The position numbers and the translations under genes are program-made. A stretch of DNA of 63,963 bases, counting the filler, from Octopus bimaculoides (Eukaryota), in the NCBI RefSeq assembly GCF_001194135.2. It is 5 parts of 5 records of this genome, joined end to end, with 100 filler letters (N's around TTAATTAATTAA, not from the genome) between each part and the next. Parts side by side here need not be neighbours in the genome. Positions count along the whole stretch, not along the records: positions 1 to 25,377 come from NC_068993.1; positions 25,478 to 45,209 come from NC_068982.1; 3 more parts are not named here. One strand, written 5' to 3'. The notes below the pieces were generated by a model. The model ran no database searches. It worked only from the letters and a program-made list of their open reading frames with translations, and was not told where the DNA came from. This document shows, in pieces, positions 13,170 through 27,019 of this stretch. Position 1 is the stretch's first letter. The number at the start of each line of letters is the position of its first letter.

Positions 13170-13430
13170 AAGTGTTAACTCCCAGCGACACATTGTGTTT
13201 TTTTTTTTTGAGCAAGACACTTTATTTCACGTTGCTCCAGTCCAGTCAGCTGGCAAAAATGAGTAGTACCTGCATTTCAAAGGGGCCAACCTTGTCACAC
13301 TCTGTGCCACGCTGAATTACGTTAAGGGTACATGTATCTGCGCAGCCACTTGCACGTTAATTTCACGAGCAGGCTGTTCCATTAATCGGGTCAACTGGAA
13401 CCCACGTCGTCGTAACCGACGGAGTGCCAT
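13170..13430 (+). mobile_element. third SINE family (TTGAGCAAGACACTT...CTCCAGTCCA..CAGCTG domain)
   Basis: The central domain resembles conserved metazoan SINE domains (from memory). A related 5' piece lies at about 52895-52970. Confidence 0.55.
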
Positions 13431-13609
13431 ATAACTATGAATGAATCAGAAATAAGCAAAAATACTTTTTATAAATGGAGTTACGAATGAATAGATATAG
13501 ATATATTCTATAAGAAAATTAAATTCAAGAACATTCAGATTCTTGGGACTTTCTTTTCCTGTTTGTCTTGAAGCCAATGTTATTACGTCATCAGCTTGAT
13601 TACCTATTG

Positions 13610-13853
13610 CAGTAATCACTCGCCATATCGCGGTTCACCTCTCGCGGTTCACCTATCTATCACGGTTTATTATTTAAGCTTTCGTCGATTAATCTATGGT
13701 GTTGTTTTGCGTTTATAATAAAAGAAATGTATACAAGTTACATAAAAAGAGAATTAAAATAATATACAGTACAGCGCTGTTTCTACTTCACGGATTTTCA
13801 CCCATCGTGGGGGATTTTGGAACGTAACACACGCGATAATCGAGGGATTACTG
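13610..13853. mobile_element. Tigger/pogo-like MITE
   Basis: Terminal inverted repeats CAGTAATCACTCGCCATATCGCG and CGCGATAATCGAGGGATTACTG, followed by TA on the right. Confidence 0.75.
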
Positions 13854-13962
13854 TACTGCATGATATTTTCACGGAAATCCTATTCATCCATGGGTTGAGA
13901 ATTCACCCCATAGCATCACGAAAATACATAAGTAAATGTGTTATCAACATGTTTTATTAAAG

Positions 13963-14104
13963 CGAGTTCAAATACCGCCGAGGTCGTCTTTGCCTTTCAT
14001 CCTTTCGGGGGTCGATAAATTAAGTACCAGTTGTGTACTGGGATCGATCTAATCGACTGGACCCCTCACCCAAAATTTCGGGCTTTGTGCCTAGCGTAGA
14101 AAAG
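13963..14104 (+). mobile_element. 5'-truncated SINE family A with 17-bp TSD
   Basis: AACATGTTTTATTAAAG occurs at 13946-13962 and 14105-14121. Confidence 0.9.
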
Positions 14105-14864
14105 AACATGTTTTATTAAAGACAAACACGTTTATTAAAAATAGCTTTGGTTATAAGTGGTTGTGCCCCTAACACAACAGGGGGTAAGTAACTGTCTTGA
14201 AGTGTTTCAGCAAAGATAAAAACACTTTACCAATTGTGCTCCTAAAATGATAACGCTAAATATTGATTTTTTAAACTCATTATCACAGGAGTTCTTGAGC
14301 CTCTTGTTTCTTTCCATTGTATTTGATACCAAGAAGTAATGTGAGAAAATGCAAATTTTAATGAAGTCGACGATGAGATAAGAGTTATAACAAAGATTTA
14401 AAATTTGATAGCTATCAGGGCTTTGCATAAAGGGAAATTTAATTTATGCATAAAGGAGAATTTAATTTACTTTTAAATAAAAGTGACTCAATATATAATG
14501 GTCTACGAATATACGATGCTGAGTTTTGGCCAACTACTTAGGATGTTTGTTGAATGTTTTAATAAATTCAGAATACTTTACGATGGAAAATGAATTACCT
14601 CGTAAAATTTTCCCATAAATGTTTAAACATAGAATATAAATTTCCTCAATTTCATGATTTTGCTTCGCCCAGTAAAATTGTCTTCCACAGATTTTTCGTT
14701 GTATATGAATGAATTTAATATTAAACAAGGTTCTAGGGAAAATCTAATGAAATGATTTTCGGTTTGATCAAGCGATTTGAGAGTAGTTTTTGATTAAATA
14801 ATTGAGAGTAATTTGAGAGTAATATTTCAACGTGGTTTACAAAATTTGTAAAAGCTATTGAACA

Positions 14865-15080
14865 TCTCAGGTGTAGATGAGGTTGTGTGGTTAAGAAACT
14901 CGATTTACAACCATTTGGCTTCAGGTTCAGTTCCACTGCGCAGCAACCAGGGCGAGTCCATTCTATTACAGGCCCGGACCGACCAATGCTTTGAGAATGA
15001 ATTTGGTAGACGGAAACTGTGTGAGATCCCGTCGTACATGTGTGTGTGTGTGTGTGTGTGTTTTGTATTTGTATTAACAG
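14865..15080 (+). mobile_element. SINE family B 5' half
   Basis: GTGTGGTTAAGAA...GGTTCAGTTCCACTGCG...GAATTTGGTAGACGGAAACTG. Confidence 0.75.
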
Positions 15081-18070
15081 TAGTGTACCTAGATATGTGA
15101 TCAGTAATGATGTGCGATCTAGAATGTTTGTGTGTATAACAGCAGTACCTACGGCACTTGACGTTCTGAGTTCAAATCCCTTCGAAGACTTCTTTTAATT
15201 TTAGAGAAATACTAAAGAATAGACAACGTTATCCTTCAGTTCAGCATAATCGCAAGAGCGTTGTGACTGCGGCACTTGACGTTCTGAGTTCTAATCCCTC
15301 CAGGATCAACTCTGCTTTTGATCCGACCGGGATCGAAAAAAGTACCAACAAAATCTTAGGGTAGAAAGATGTAATAGACTTTTCTCTTACCTTAAATTTT
15401 AGATTTTGTGTTTATGAAAGTTATCAGTTTTGAAATTTTCTTATTTCTTTCTGGTCGATTATCATATTTGGAAGTTATCCAGAAACCGAAATTAAAAGTT
15501 AAAAAAAAACATCTTCAACAAGTTACATGATTGTTTACGAATCTAACCACCTTTACTAACTCCATTACCATCGATACTATTCATACCATTGTCAGCAACG
15601 ACGCAATCATCTCTAACACCAGCAGGATAATGATTCACTGCATCACTCTCACCACCATCCCTATCGCCACCACCACCATAACCAACCTCCCTGCCACACC
15701 CACCCCACCACCACCACTACCACCACCACCACCACCACNNNNNNNNNNNNNNNNNNNNNNNNNNNNNNNNNNNNNNNNNNNNNNNNNNNNNNNNNNNNNN
15801 NNNNNNNNNNNNNNNNNNNNNNNNNNNNNNNNNNNNNNNNNNNNNNNNNNNNNNNNNNNNNNNNNNNNNNNNNNNNNNNNNNNNNNNNNNNNNNNNNNNN
15901 NNNNNNNNNNNNNNNNNNNNNNNNNNNNNNNNNNNNNNNNNNNNNNNNNNNNNNNNNNNNNNNNNNNNNNNNNNNNNNNNNNNNNNNNNNNNNNNNNNNN
16001 NNNNNNNNNNNNNNNNNNNNNNNNNNNNNNNNNNNNNNNNNNNNNNNNNNNNNNNNNNNNNNNNNNNNNNNNNNNNNNNNNNNNNNNNNNNNNNNNNNNN
16101 NNNNNNNNNNNNNNNNNNNNNNNNNNNNNNNNNNNNNNNNNNNNNNNNNNNNNNNNNNNNNNNNNNNNNNNNNNNNNNNNNNNNNNNNNNNNNNNNNNNN
16201 NNNNNNNNNNNNNNNNNNNNNNNNNNNNNNNNNNNNNNNNNNNNNNNNNNNNNNNNNNNNNNNNNNNNNNNNNNNNNNNNNNNNNNNNNNNNNNNNNNNN
16301 NNNNNNNNNNNNNNNNNNNNNNNNNNNNNNNNNNNNNNNNNNNNNNNNNNNNNNNNNNNNNNNNNNNNNNNNNNNNNNNNNNNNNNNNNNNNNNNNNNNN
16401 NNNNNNNNNNNNNNNNNNNNNNNNNNNNNNNNNNNNNNNNNNNNNNNNNNNNNNNNNNNNNNNNNNNNNNNNNNNNNNNNNNNNNNNNNNNNNNNNNNNN
16501 NNNNNNNNNNNNNNNNNNNNNNNNNNNNNNNNNNNNNNNNNNNNNNNNNNNNNNNNNNNNNNNNNNNNNNNNNNNNNNNNNNNNNNNNNNNNNNNNNNNN
16601 NNNNNNNNNNNNNNNNNNNNNNNNNNNNNNNNNNNNNNNNNNNNNNNNNNNNNNNNNNNNNNNNNNNNNNNNNNNNNATATATATATATATATATATATA
16701 CGTTGTGTGTATGTGTACGGAATGTTTACGGTTGGAATGCTTTTATTGATAGTATTTTGAATAACATTTTCTGATTCCTTAAAATCGAAAGGTGGTCACG
16801 GTTGGAAAACTGCAATAATACTGAAAATTTTGCGCACTTAAATGACGCAAAATTTTAGAACATGCGCAAAATCCTAGAAGAACATCTCGAAAATTTCGTG
16901 TTTCACGCTGTGAAGTCCGGAAGCCTCGAAGTATGTGGACCTACTGAATGGGCTCTTGAGAGTTTCATCTGTTCCACCGTGGGTTAGCTTCGATTGATGA
17001 AACACACAACGAGACTGAAACATTGCCGTTTCTCGATGTTTCCTCACAACGCTGAACCGGTGAATAAACGTGTGCTACGAACAAACATTGCGTAAGTAGA
17101 GAAGGCCTTCACAGCTCTTGAAAATGAACAGCGATCAGATATTCACGTTCGAATTACCAGAATGTATTAAGAATGTATAGCTACGTTATTGTTTCGATTC
17201 TCGATGCATTGCATACCTCATTGGACATCGAACGGGGTCCATATGACTCTACGGATTTTGTTGATAAAATTCATATACAGTAAATTGCTTCATACTTCTA
17301 CGCTACACAAAATATATTAACGACCTTTTATTCAATTTCTAATAATATATAATTATAAAAAATATAAGACGATTTTTTTACAACATCAAACTGCTATGAG
17401 GGTCCAAGCGAGTAAAAGAGTGATCAGAGGGGTCCATAAGTAAATAATGATTGAGAACCACTGGTATACACCCTTCAATTGTTGCTTTTGTTAGTTTTGG
17501 ATAAAATCAGTTTTCGAAATCTGATCTGTTTAACGGCTCGTTATCGCTTTTCGTACCCACAGATTCTTTGCAATTTAGCGAGTTTCTCTTGCTTCAGCTA
17601 ATTTTTGAATTCGGAAACTTCGTTTTTGTTATGTTTCTACAGCATTTGTCTCTCCCTATTTACTACTTGTTATTTCGATTCTGATTCAATCAAGAACCGA
17701 GAAACCTATTTTCCATTTCTTTGTAGATCTATCTTCCAAGTTGTTTGAGTTTTCATATTCGTATATCAGTAGAAACGAGGGAGTAATCCAATTTCCTCTG
17801 TAATTACAATGGTTGCTCCATTTATTATTTCGCTTAACCTTGTGATATTGATGTTCATGCCTCGCTTTACAAGCCTGTGATGGTCAGGGTTTTTTCCCCC
17901 CATTGTTGCTGTCTCCTCTCCCGAGTTTTATACTTGAAAGTCCTCTCCTTGGTTCATAAGATATTATTATATTTATAATACTGGAAATATTCCAACTTTA
18001 GAATTACCATGTTTATGATATCTCCCTTTAAAACTTTTATTTGTAAATTATTCTCCAATTCGATTACGTT

Positions 18071-18109
<39 letters not shown>

Positions 18110-18829
18110 CTGTTCCCTGTTTTGTTGGTCAGTATTCAGTACATATTCAGTAAGTATTGGGATTTCTTCTTTCGGTATTTGCCTTGCTTTTCATGTATTT
18201 TTTATAAAGATTTTGATTTATGATCCCAATGTTTTTTTCCCCTTCTGTTCATCGATTTGTGTTCCTTCAGATTTCGTTATATATAGATGTTTTCGATCTA
18301 GTTTGGATTCTTTGCCATTAAATTCGAATTCTTTGCCATCAAATTTGAATTCTTTACAATCAAATTTGATGGCAAAGAATCCAAACTAGATCGAAAACTA
18401 GTGGCTTGTGAAAACTCGTGGCTTAGTGGTTAGGGTGTTACAATATTTCTTTTAAGTCTTCTATTTGGATTTCTAATGTTTTTGACTTTCAAAGTATATC
18501 TTCTTAAGTTAACTATTTTGTTGAGGTTCAGCATTTGATATAAAACCTCAACGTTACGTTTAAAACCCATCTTTAATTTCTAAGCGAGTTTATTGTGTTT
18601 TTGTTTCAAGGAGACAGTGTGTCGGCTGTAAAATATGTATGTAGAAAAAAAAAAAAATTCCTCTCACGTCCATTCATCTATTTTTGGCTTTATTTGCGAG
18701 ATTGAAGCATAACGACCGCGCATATTGGACGAAAATCAATTTATTCATTTCTGGCGATTTCAAATTTTGCAGTTTCCATTTTCCCTGCTAATTATCTCGT
18801 GCATTATATTCAAAGAACACACCACCCTA

Positions 18830-19273
18830 TTATCCTTAGTCTTGATTTGAAGGCAGTAGATTAACAGGAGAAACATAGAAACGTTGGAGCGAAGGTAAAA
18901 TGCTCTGCGGCATTTAGCTCCGATGAAGACGAAAGTCAAACTCGGCGAAATTTGAACCCAAAACGTAAAAACGGATGAAATGCTACTATACGTTTTGTCC
19001 GGCGTGCTAACGATTCAGCCAGCTCGCTGCCTTAATGTTAATGATAATAAATCTTTCTTCTATAGGCACAAGGCCTGAAATTTCGCGGGGGTGGGGGACT
19101 AGTCGACTACATCGACACCAGTGCTTCATTGACACTTGTTTTGTCGATCTCGAAAGGGTGAGAGGTAAAGTCGACTTCGGCGTGAGTTGAACTCAGAACG
19201 AAAACACGGGCGAAATGCCGCTAAGCATTTTGATCGGCCCGGCATGCTAACGATTCTTGCCAGCTCACCGCCT

Positions 19274-19275
<2 letters not shown>
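18830..19275 (-). mobile_element. two SINE family A copies
   Basis: Two reverse-complement heads end in CAGCTCGCTGCC (about 19030) and CAGCTCACCGCC (about 19272). Confidence 0.8.
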
Positions 19276-19335
<60 letters not shown>

Positions 19336-19357
19336 CTACTGCTACTGCTGCTGATGA

Positions 19358-19430
<73 letters not shown>

Positions 19431-19991
19431 GAGGAAGATGATGACGATGATGATGATGAGCAGAATGATGCAGTGTGGTCTATATGTTTTTTTGTTTTCT
19501 AGCTGGAATGGCGGAATCGGCCTGGTGCGGCTCTGAACCGTGCTCTGATGGTTTGTTTACACGTGCTATCACATTACCGACAATAATGAACACTCGTAGT
19601 TTCATTTATTGTCATATAAAGCAATGGTCGATAAATTTCCCAAGTATTACATATACAATTATTCTTCAACATTTTTGTCATCATTTTTTACGATTTGTTA
19701 CGCTACTTATTTTTTGACGTTGTTATTGGATATTATTTTCGTAGCAGACAGCTGATGATAATGTAGAGGTAGTAGTAGTTGTTGTTAGTAACTATTATTA
19801 TAAATATAATCACCCTTATCATCAACATCATCATCATCATCGTCGTCATCATCATTATTATTATCATCATCATCGTCATTAAATGAGAGAGCAACGCGTG
19901 CCGTCAAAGTGATGCTGGGGTACAAATATACGAATCCCAATATAACAATCGCGACAACCCGTCTGATAAGGGTACACCAGGCACCTGCACG

Positions 19992-20156
19992 CACTAGCAT
20001 AGCTGGGGTAGGCAGTAAGGGCGATCCGCTCCGGGTTGCGCTTTTTGAGGGGCACCACTTTTCGGTCTACTGTAGGCAATATATGTTTTTTGTGGTGTGC
20101 GGGGGTGGAAAAAAGAAGGGCTGCTCCTGGCGGCACACACTCTAGTTACGCTAGTA
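19992..20156. mobile_element. hAT-like MITE nested in another repeat
   Basis: Termini CACTAGCATAGCT and AGTTACGCTAGTA; imperfect 8-bp flanks CCTGCACG and CATGCACC. Confidence 0.55.
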
Positions 20157-20715
20157 CATGCACCACAACCATATGTGCGCATCATAGAGACCTAATATCA
20201 AGAGAAACAGCACATGACTCTGCAGGTGGATCAATAAATTAAGTACCAGTGAAACACTGGAGTCGATGTAATCGACTGGCCCCTCCCGCAAAATGTCAGG
20301 TCTTGTGCCTATAGTAGAAAGGATTATTACTATAATAATAATAATAATTATAATAATTATTATTATTATTGACGTTGCCTTATTTTTATCACGTGATTTC
20401 ATTGCTCTACGGTGTGTAGGACTGCTATTTTCTGTATGTTATATATACTTGTTAGTCCTGCAGTTTTTGATACGTATTTGTCTGAATGTGCCTACTAAGA
20501 TAGGATTTGTTGTTTTTTTTATTTAGACTCCACATTTGAGGTAGCTCTATTTCCAGATTTTTGTATTTTGAAAGTTTCTCTGCTTCTTTTAGAGAAACAT
20601 TGTCATCTGTCGGTATTGGTATATCGATTAGAAAGCATTTTTTCTTGGTAATCTCTGACGATCATATCCGTGATATTGGCCTCAATTTTTCTATCTGTGT
20701 GTATTGGCATATCCA

Positions 20716-20789
<74 letters not shown>

Positions 20790-21309
20790 GCTGGGTGGTG
20801 ATCTGGCAGGAAAGGCGGGGAGCTGAAAGAATCGTTTACACCCCGGGTGAAGTGCTTAGTGGTATTTCGTCTGTCTGCATGTTCTGAGTTCAATTTCCAC
20901 CAAGAATGATATAAGTATCACTTGAGCACCGAGGGGCGATGAAATCGATTTACCCCTTCCCCTCAAATTGCTGACCTTTTGGTAAAATTTCAAGCCATTA
21001 TTATCATTATTATTNNNNNNNNNNNNNNNNNNNNNNNNNNNNNNNNNNNNNNNNNNNNNNNNNNNNNNNNNNNNNNNNNNNNNNNNNNNNNNNNNNNNNN
21101 NNNNNNNNNNNNNNNNNNNNNNNNNNNNNNNNNNNNNNNNNNNNNNNNNNNNNNNNNNNNNNNNNNNNNNNNNNNNNNNNNNNNNNNNNNNNNNNNNNNN
21201 NNNNNNNNNNNNNNNNNNNNNNNNNNNNNNNAACGGTTGTGCAATAGGATCAATGTAAACGATTTACTCCTCCTCCTAAATTTGCTTGGCCTTATTGCAA
21301 AATTGAAAC

Positions 21310-21381
<72 letters not shown>

Positions 21382-21593
21382 AGGCAGCAAGTTAGCACAA
21401 TCGTTAGAGTATCGGAAAAAAAAACCGTCTTGCGTTATTTGTTCCGGCTCTTTACGCGCTGAGTTCAAATCTGCCGAGGTCACATTCGCCTTTCATCCTT
21501 TAGGGATCGATAGAATTAAGTAGGAGTCAAATATTGACGTCGATGGTATCGAATTGCCCCACTCGAAACTGCTGTCTTGTGCATAAATCACAA

Positions 21594-21652
<59 letters not shown>

Positions 21653-21705
21653 CATCATCATCATCATCATAATCATCATCATAATCATCATCAACATCAT
21701 CATCG

Positions 21706-21750
<45 letters not shown>

Positions 21751-22369
21751 TTTGCCATGAACGGACGCGTTCAAAGATCCCCCTGTGAGGATGAAATTCT
21801 TCCAGGATTACTTTAATGGAAAAAAAATTGTTTATTTCCCATTTGAATTTGAAAACTGCTAACAAAAGGCTTTTCGAATTATTAGGGCTCCATCGCATTC
21901 CGTGGGGGAATTAAGGATCGACTTTGACATTGATTCTTTTTAATGTGTGAGCGTACTTCTGGCAAGCAGCCATTTGCAGTGTTGTTCGTATTTCAAAATG
22001 GCTACATCAATGATATTTGAGAGCATTTGTCACAGCCGTTGAAATAGTCTCAATGACACAAAAATACTAAATTACGCTTCAGAACTTTTGCGTTTTTAAA
22101 AAAAATTCACGGTTGCGCTTATAAAAAAAGATGACATGTTAATTGATGGAATTGTGAAGCAAATACAAGCGGTTCTCTTATACAACACAAAGGGAGATGA
22201 AAAAAAGTTGAAACGTTAATTTAAACGAGTAAAAAGAACGGCACAAATAATAATCAGTATTCTTTAACTAAAGTTAGGGTAGACAGGGAAGAATTATATG
22301 TGATACAGTTTACTGGAAATGAAAAAATACTTCTTGGTGGGTTACGTTGCAAAAGGGAGTACCTCCTTG

Positions 22370-22530
22370 CTTGACAACCGATGTTGGTGTGCTTACGTCC
22401 CCGTAAGCTAGCGGTTCGGCAAAAAAAGGCCGATAGAATAAGTACTAGGCATGCAAAGAATAAGTCCTGGAGTCGATTTGTTCGACTCCAACATGGCCGC
22501 GGTCAAATGACTGAAACAAATAAAAGAATA
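22370..22530 (+). mobile_element. SINE family B 3' half
   Basis: GCTTGACAACCGATGTTGGTGTG...CAAATGACTGAAAC. Confidence 0.85.
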
Positions 22531-22542
22531 TAGATGTATGTA

Positions 22543-22587
<45 letters not shown>

Positions 22588-22764
22588 ACTTGATTGTATG
22601 TATATAGTCCTACACGTTTGTAACCCATGTTTTTGTACGGTATGATTTGACTGAAAGAATTATCGTCTTGTGTGGCCAATACAGACGTCATTCTTTTTCT
22701 CTTACCTCTTCTTCCAACACCATCACAATTATTACTACAACTAATAATATTAATAATAATAATG

Positions 22765-22826
<62 letters not shown>

Positions 22827-23309
22827 CATTGTTATTAAGAATAATAACATCATTAATATTATCAATGATTTCAACAATTTAATTAAATAATTTATTTGCA
22901 TTTGCAGCCCTGTTCCTTTCCGTGCCTCACTCCTTGTTTGTTACACAATTCCTAACTATATCGGTTGACACGACATGCTTTATTCCGTCCTTGACTCTCG
23001 TTCACCCCCACATCTTCCCTTTTATCCATCCTCTCCCTTCTCTTTCCCTCTTTTCACCCACTGAAATTCAAAACCTTCGTTCTTTGTTATGTTGGTGTGA
23101 TTCCCTCCACGCTCCAGATAAACACAGAATTTTGATGATCACGGCATTGAAGAGTAATAAAATATTTGAAGAACAATAAAATTCTTACACTTCCCCACGT
23201 CACTCCCACATCAATCCACGTGACACTGCACTACGTTATATTACACTACACTTCCTTTCACTATACGAAGCCTCATCATACTATACTATCTTTGTTTTTT
23301 TTCTTTTGC

Positions 23310-23620
23310 TTGTTCAAGTCATTGGACTGGGGCCATACTGAGGCACCACCTTGGAGGGTTTAGTCGAACACATCGTTTCACAATACTTATACTCTCTTTT
23401 ACTCTTTTACTTGTTTCAGTCATTTGACTGTGGCCATGCTGGAGCACTGCCTTTAGTCAAGCAAATCGACCCCAGGACTTATTCTTTGTAAGCCTAGTAC
23501 CTATTCTATCGGTCTCTTTTGCCGAACCGCTATGTTACGGGGACCTGATCTAAACACACCAGCATCGGTTGTCAAGCGATGTTGGGGGGACAAACACAGA
23601 CACACAAACATATACACACG
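23310..23620 (-). mobile_element. SINE family B 3' half plus a short duplicated tail
   Basis: TTTTACTCTTTTACTTGTTTCAGTCATTTGACTGTGGCC...GTTGTCAAGCGATGTTGGGG. Confidence 0.85.
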
Positions 23621-24232
23621 CATACATATATCATTTGACTCGAGCAATCTCGAGTATAACCAGCCGAAATTGCAAAGATAATCTGCAACTCGACTGAGGA
23701 AAGAAAACTCCGAATGACGTGTCCTTGTTTTCTTTGTATCGTCTATCTGAATGTTTTGTCCCCTTCTTGTATCTCCTAACTGTCTTGATGTTTTGCGTTC
23801 TTGTCCCGTTCTGTATTATATATATATGTATATATGTTTATGTGAGAGACCTATTCCGTTTGACCATTGTCCTCATTTTAACATACACATTTTTTTCTCT
23901 CTTCTCTAAATACTTAATACTACCACTGCATTCTTAAAATGTCATTCATGTCACAAGACCCATTTGAATGAACAGCACATGGAATCTACGTCTCCCCACT
24001 TTCCATTTGTAATGACAAAATATGAACTCCTATCGGAATTTACATACCATGTACAAGATGCATTTCTACCAATTCTACACACGACTTTCCTTGGATTATG
24101 GAACTGCAACTATAACATCCTACATATATTTTAATCTTTACTTTTATTCTCTTATTTCCCTTTATACTCCTTTTCCAAAATAACTTCTTATATTGAACTC
24201 CACTACTTCCCTCTATTTAACCATTTCACGTC

Positions 24233-24280
24233 GTCTCTGATGAAGGGATATCCCTAATATCCCAGAAACAGCTGTAAGAC
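24233..24280 (+). ncRNA. minimal type I hammerhead ribozyme motif
   Basis: GUCU-CUGAUGA-A-GGGAUAU(CCCUA)AUAUCCC-A-GAA-AC(AGCU)GU-A-AGAC. Stem I has 4 bp, loop III is palindromic (AGCU), and the site is GUA. There is one unpaired A before GAAA. Confidence 0.65.
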
Positions 24281-24569
24281 TAACTTTCTCTTTATAAATG
24301 TCTTGAAAATTCCACACAGCCTTGACTTTGTTGTCTCATTTTATTTAACATATATATGTGTGTGTGTGAGTGTGTGTTTCCAACCACTATTTGACAACCG
24401 GTGTTGGTGTGTATACGTCCCTGTAACTTAAATGGCAAAAAAGACCGAAAGACTAAGTATCAGGCAGGAAAATGTATTGGAGTCGATCCATTCGACTAAA
24501 AATACTTCAAGGCAGTGCCCCAGTATGGACGCAGTCTAATGACTGAAGTGAGTAAAAAAACAAAAGATA

Positions 24570-25377
24570 AAAGAATACCAAAAAATGTTGAAAAAATGTA
24601 AACAACAGTTTAAATAAAAATGTGAACATGAACTCAATTAAGAATGTAATGACATTGTTAATAAATATAAACAAAAATTGTAAACAAACATGCAAATACA
24701 ATGTAAACAATGCAATATAAAAAAATAAACAAGAATGTCAACAACAACGTAAATAAAAAGTTAAACAGCAATGTTGACAAGAATGTGAATAAGAATATCA
24801 ACAAATATTTGAAGATGAATATAAGGAGGAAACAATATAAAGAGAAACGTAAACAAGGCTGTAAGCAATAATACAAACAGGAATATAAACAAAAACGTAA
24901 AGAATGTGAAGGAAAATGTCAACATAATTGTAAACAAAAATATATACAAAAATGTCATCGAGAAAGTAAGCGAAGATGTAAACAATAAAAATAAAAAATG
25001 TGAGCAAAATTGAAACAATACATATACGGACGACTTGCATGAATACAAAAATAAAATGAAGAAAAATGCAATCAAGAATGCAAACATGAGTGTAAGGAGA
25101 TTGTAAACGAAAACTTAAACAAAAGCTTTGATTGAAATTGTAAACAAAACATGAAAATGAAATATGAAGAAAAGTAAATATTTCGTTTCTAGAAAGATAA
25201 ATATACAAAAATGTAGGACAAAATTACAAAAAAAAAAAAAATAAATAAATAAAAATAATAATAAAACAGAAAACAAAAATGAGGGTTCCGAAATATTTGA
25301 GAAAGAAATTAAAAGAAATGTTGAATAGAAGATGAAATTAAACTGAATTTGGAAAACAAAAGCGAAACGAAACGAAA
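24570..25377 (+). repeat. degenerate ~12-bp tandem repeat (AATGTAAACAAA-like)
   Basis: Recurrent TGTAAACAA/TATAAACAA units at about 12-nt spacing over about 800 bp. Confidence 0.7.
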
Positions 25378-25486
25378 NNNNNNNNNNNNNNNNNNNNNNN
25401 NNNNNNNNNNNNNNNNNNNNNTTAATTAATTAANNNNNNNNNNNNNNNNNNNNNNNNNNNNNNNNNNNNNNNNNNNNTATATATAT

Positions 25487-25540
<54 letters not shown>

Positions 25541-26059
25541 GTGTGTATGTGTGTATGTATACGTATGTCTATATATATGTATGTATGTATATATATATAT
25601 ATATATATATATGCATATACATATGTATATATGTATATGTAAAAATATATAGATATATGCATTGTGTATACACATGCGTGTGCTTGCGCGGTGTCTGTGT
25701 ATCAGCTTGTACGTGTAGCAACAAACCAACGAAGGAGACTACATAATCTGTAAAACTGCTAACAACAGCAGCCAAATGTCCTCTACATTATCCTAACTTC
25801 TTGGAAAGGGTGGGAAAATCATCGGCTAATTTGGTCTTAGATACTCAACTCCCGACTGAAGTACGTTGTGGCCATGGTTAGAACGCTTATGATTACATGT
25901 CAGGTAACACCACAACGTGTACACCCAAATGAGTATGATCATGTTAAAATATTCATAAGTATAATGAGTGAAGAAAATTTTATTCAACTGGGGTTTTTTT
26001 CTTACTTAAGTATAACCCCAGCATTTATATAGCATAAGAAATGAAACTGAGCAGTTTAG

Positions 26060-26200
26060 ACCTTTCTGATGATTACCAGCGATATGAACAAAGGGAATTT
26101 GTAAAAGCCTTCCTACACCGAGCCAAGAAACAGTCACTTAGAAACAGCTCGACAAGTTCTCAACCGAATCTAAAATTAGTGTCGTCGCTATGTTTTTGTT
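26060..26200 (+). pseudogene. possible Penelope-like RT C-terminal remnant
   Basis: REFVKAFLHRAKK resembles the PLE motif K...I......RA..ICS. Short and weak. Confidence 0.3.
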
Positions 26201-26815
26201 TATCTTCTCTCGAAGTGAAGATAATATCAGTAAAAACCTATATTGCTGTTATGCGAATGAACATAATTGTGTTTCCGTTAAAGACATGCAGTGGGATCGA
26301 ACCCGGATCTGACAGGATTCAAAGCGGACTTCTTAATCACGTGGATATATCCGCGCCCTTATATATATGGTTTGTGCGTGTGTTATTGTCTGCACGCGGT
26401 CGTGCTGCTACTTATCTGTGCGTATGTGTTTTACTTTTATATTCTTCTTATGTATGTTTACAACGTATTTGCGCACTTTTAAAAAAAATATTTACCTATC
26501 AATCCTATTTTAGACATCAGTAGATAAAAATACATCTAAATTTAATAATATATAGATGTGTTCATATACATGTCACATGTATGTATAAACACTCGCAAAC
26601 ATACACGTACATACATATATACATATGCACAAATATTAATTAATATATTTCTCAATTCATTTAAATGTTGTAAAACACGGAGTGGTCTTTACATAAAGTA
26701 AAGCCTATTATGCAGTAATTCAATATACATGTAACATATACATTAGCAAACCACATTTGAAAATAGAAATATTTTTCTCTCTCACTACTTATCTATCTAT
26801 TTATCTATATTTCTT

Positions 26816-26881
<66 letters not shown>

Positions 26882-27019
26882 AATACATATATATGCACAC
26901 TTACACCCATACATATACACACACACATACATTCATATATACATAGACATACATACATACACATATACATATGTTTGTGTGTGTGTTTATGTTATAATAA
27001 AAGCAGTTATACTTTAAAC

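Noticed and set aside
8240-18570. Very degraded HHR-like strings at about 8250-8305 and 18515-18565
   Set aside because: The cores are incomplete and cannot be supported without a family consensus.
23690-23730. CUGAGGA..CUCC-GAAUGAC hammerhead-like string (also at 8600-8625, minus)
   Set aside because: It has GAAU rather than GAAA and no A15.1-U16.1 pair in either copy.
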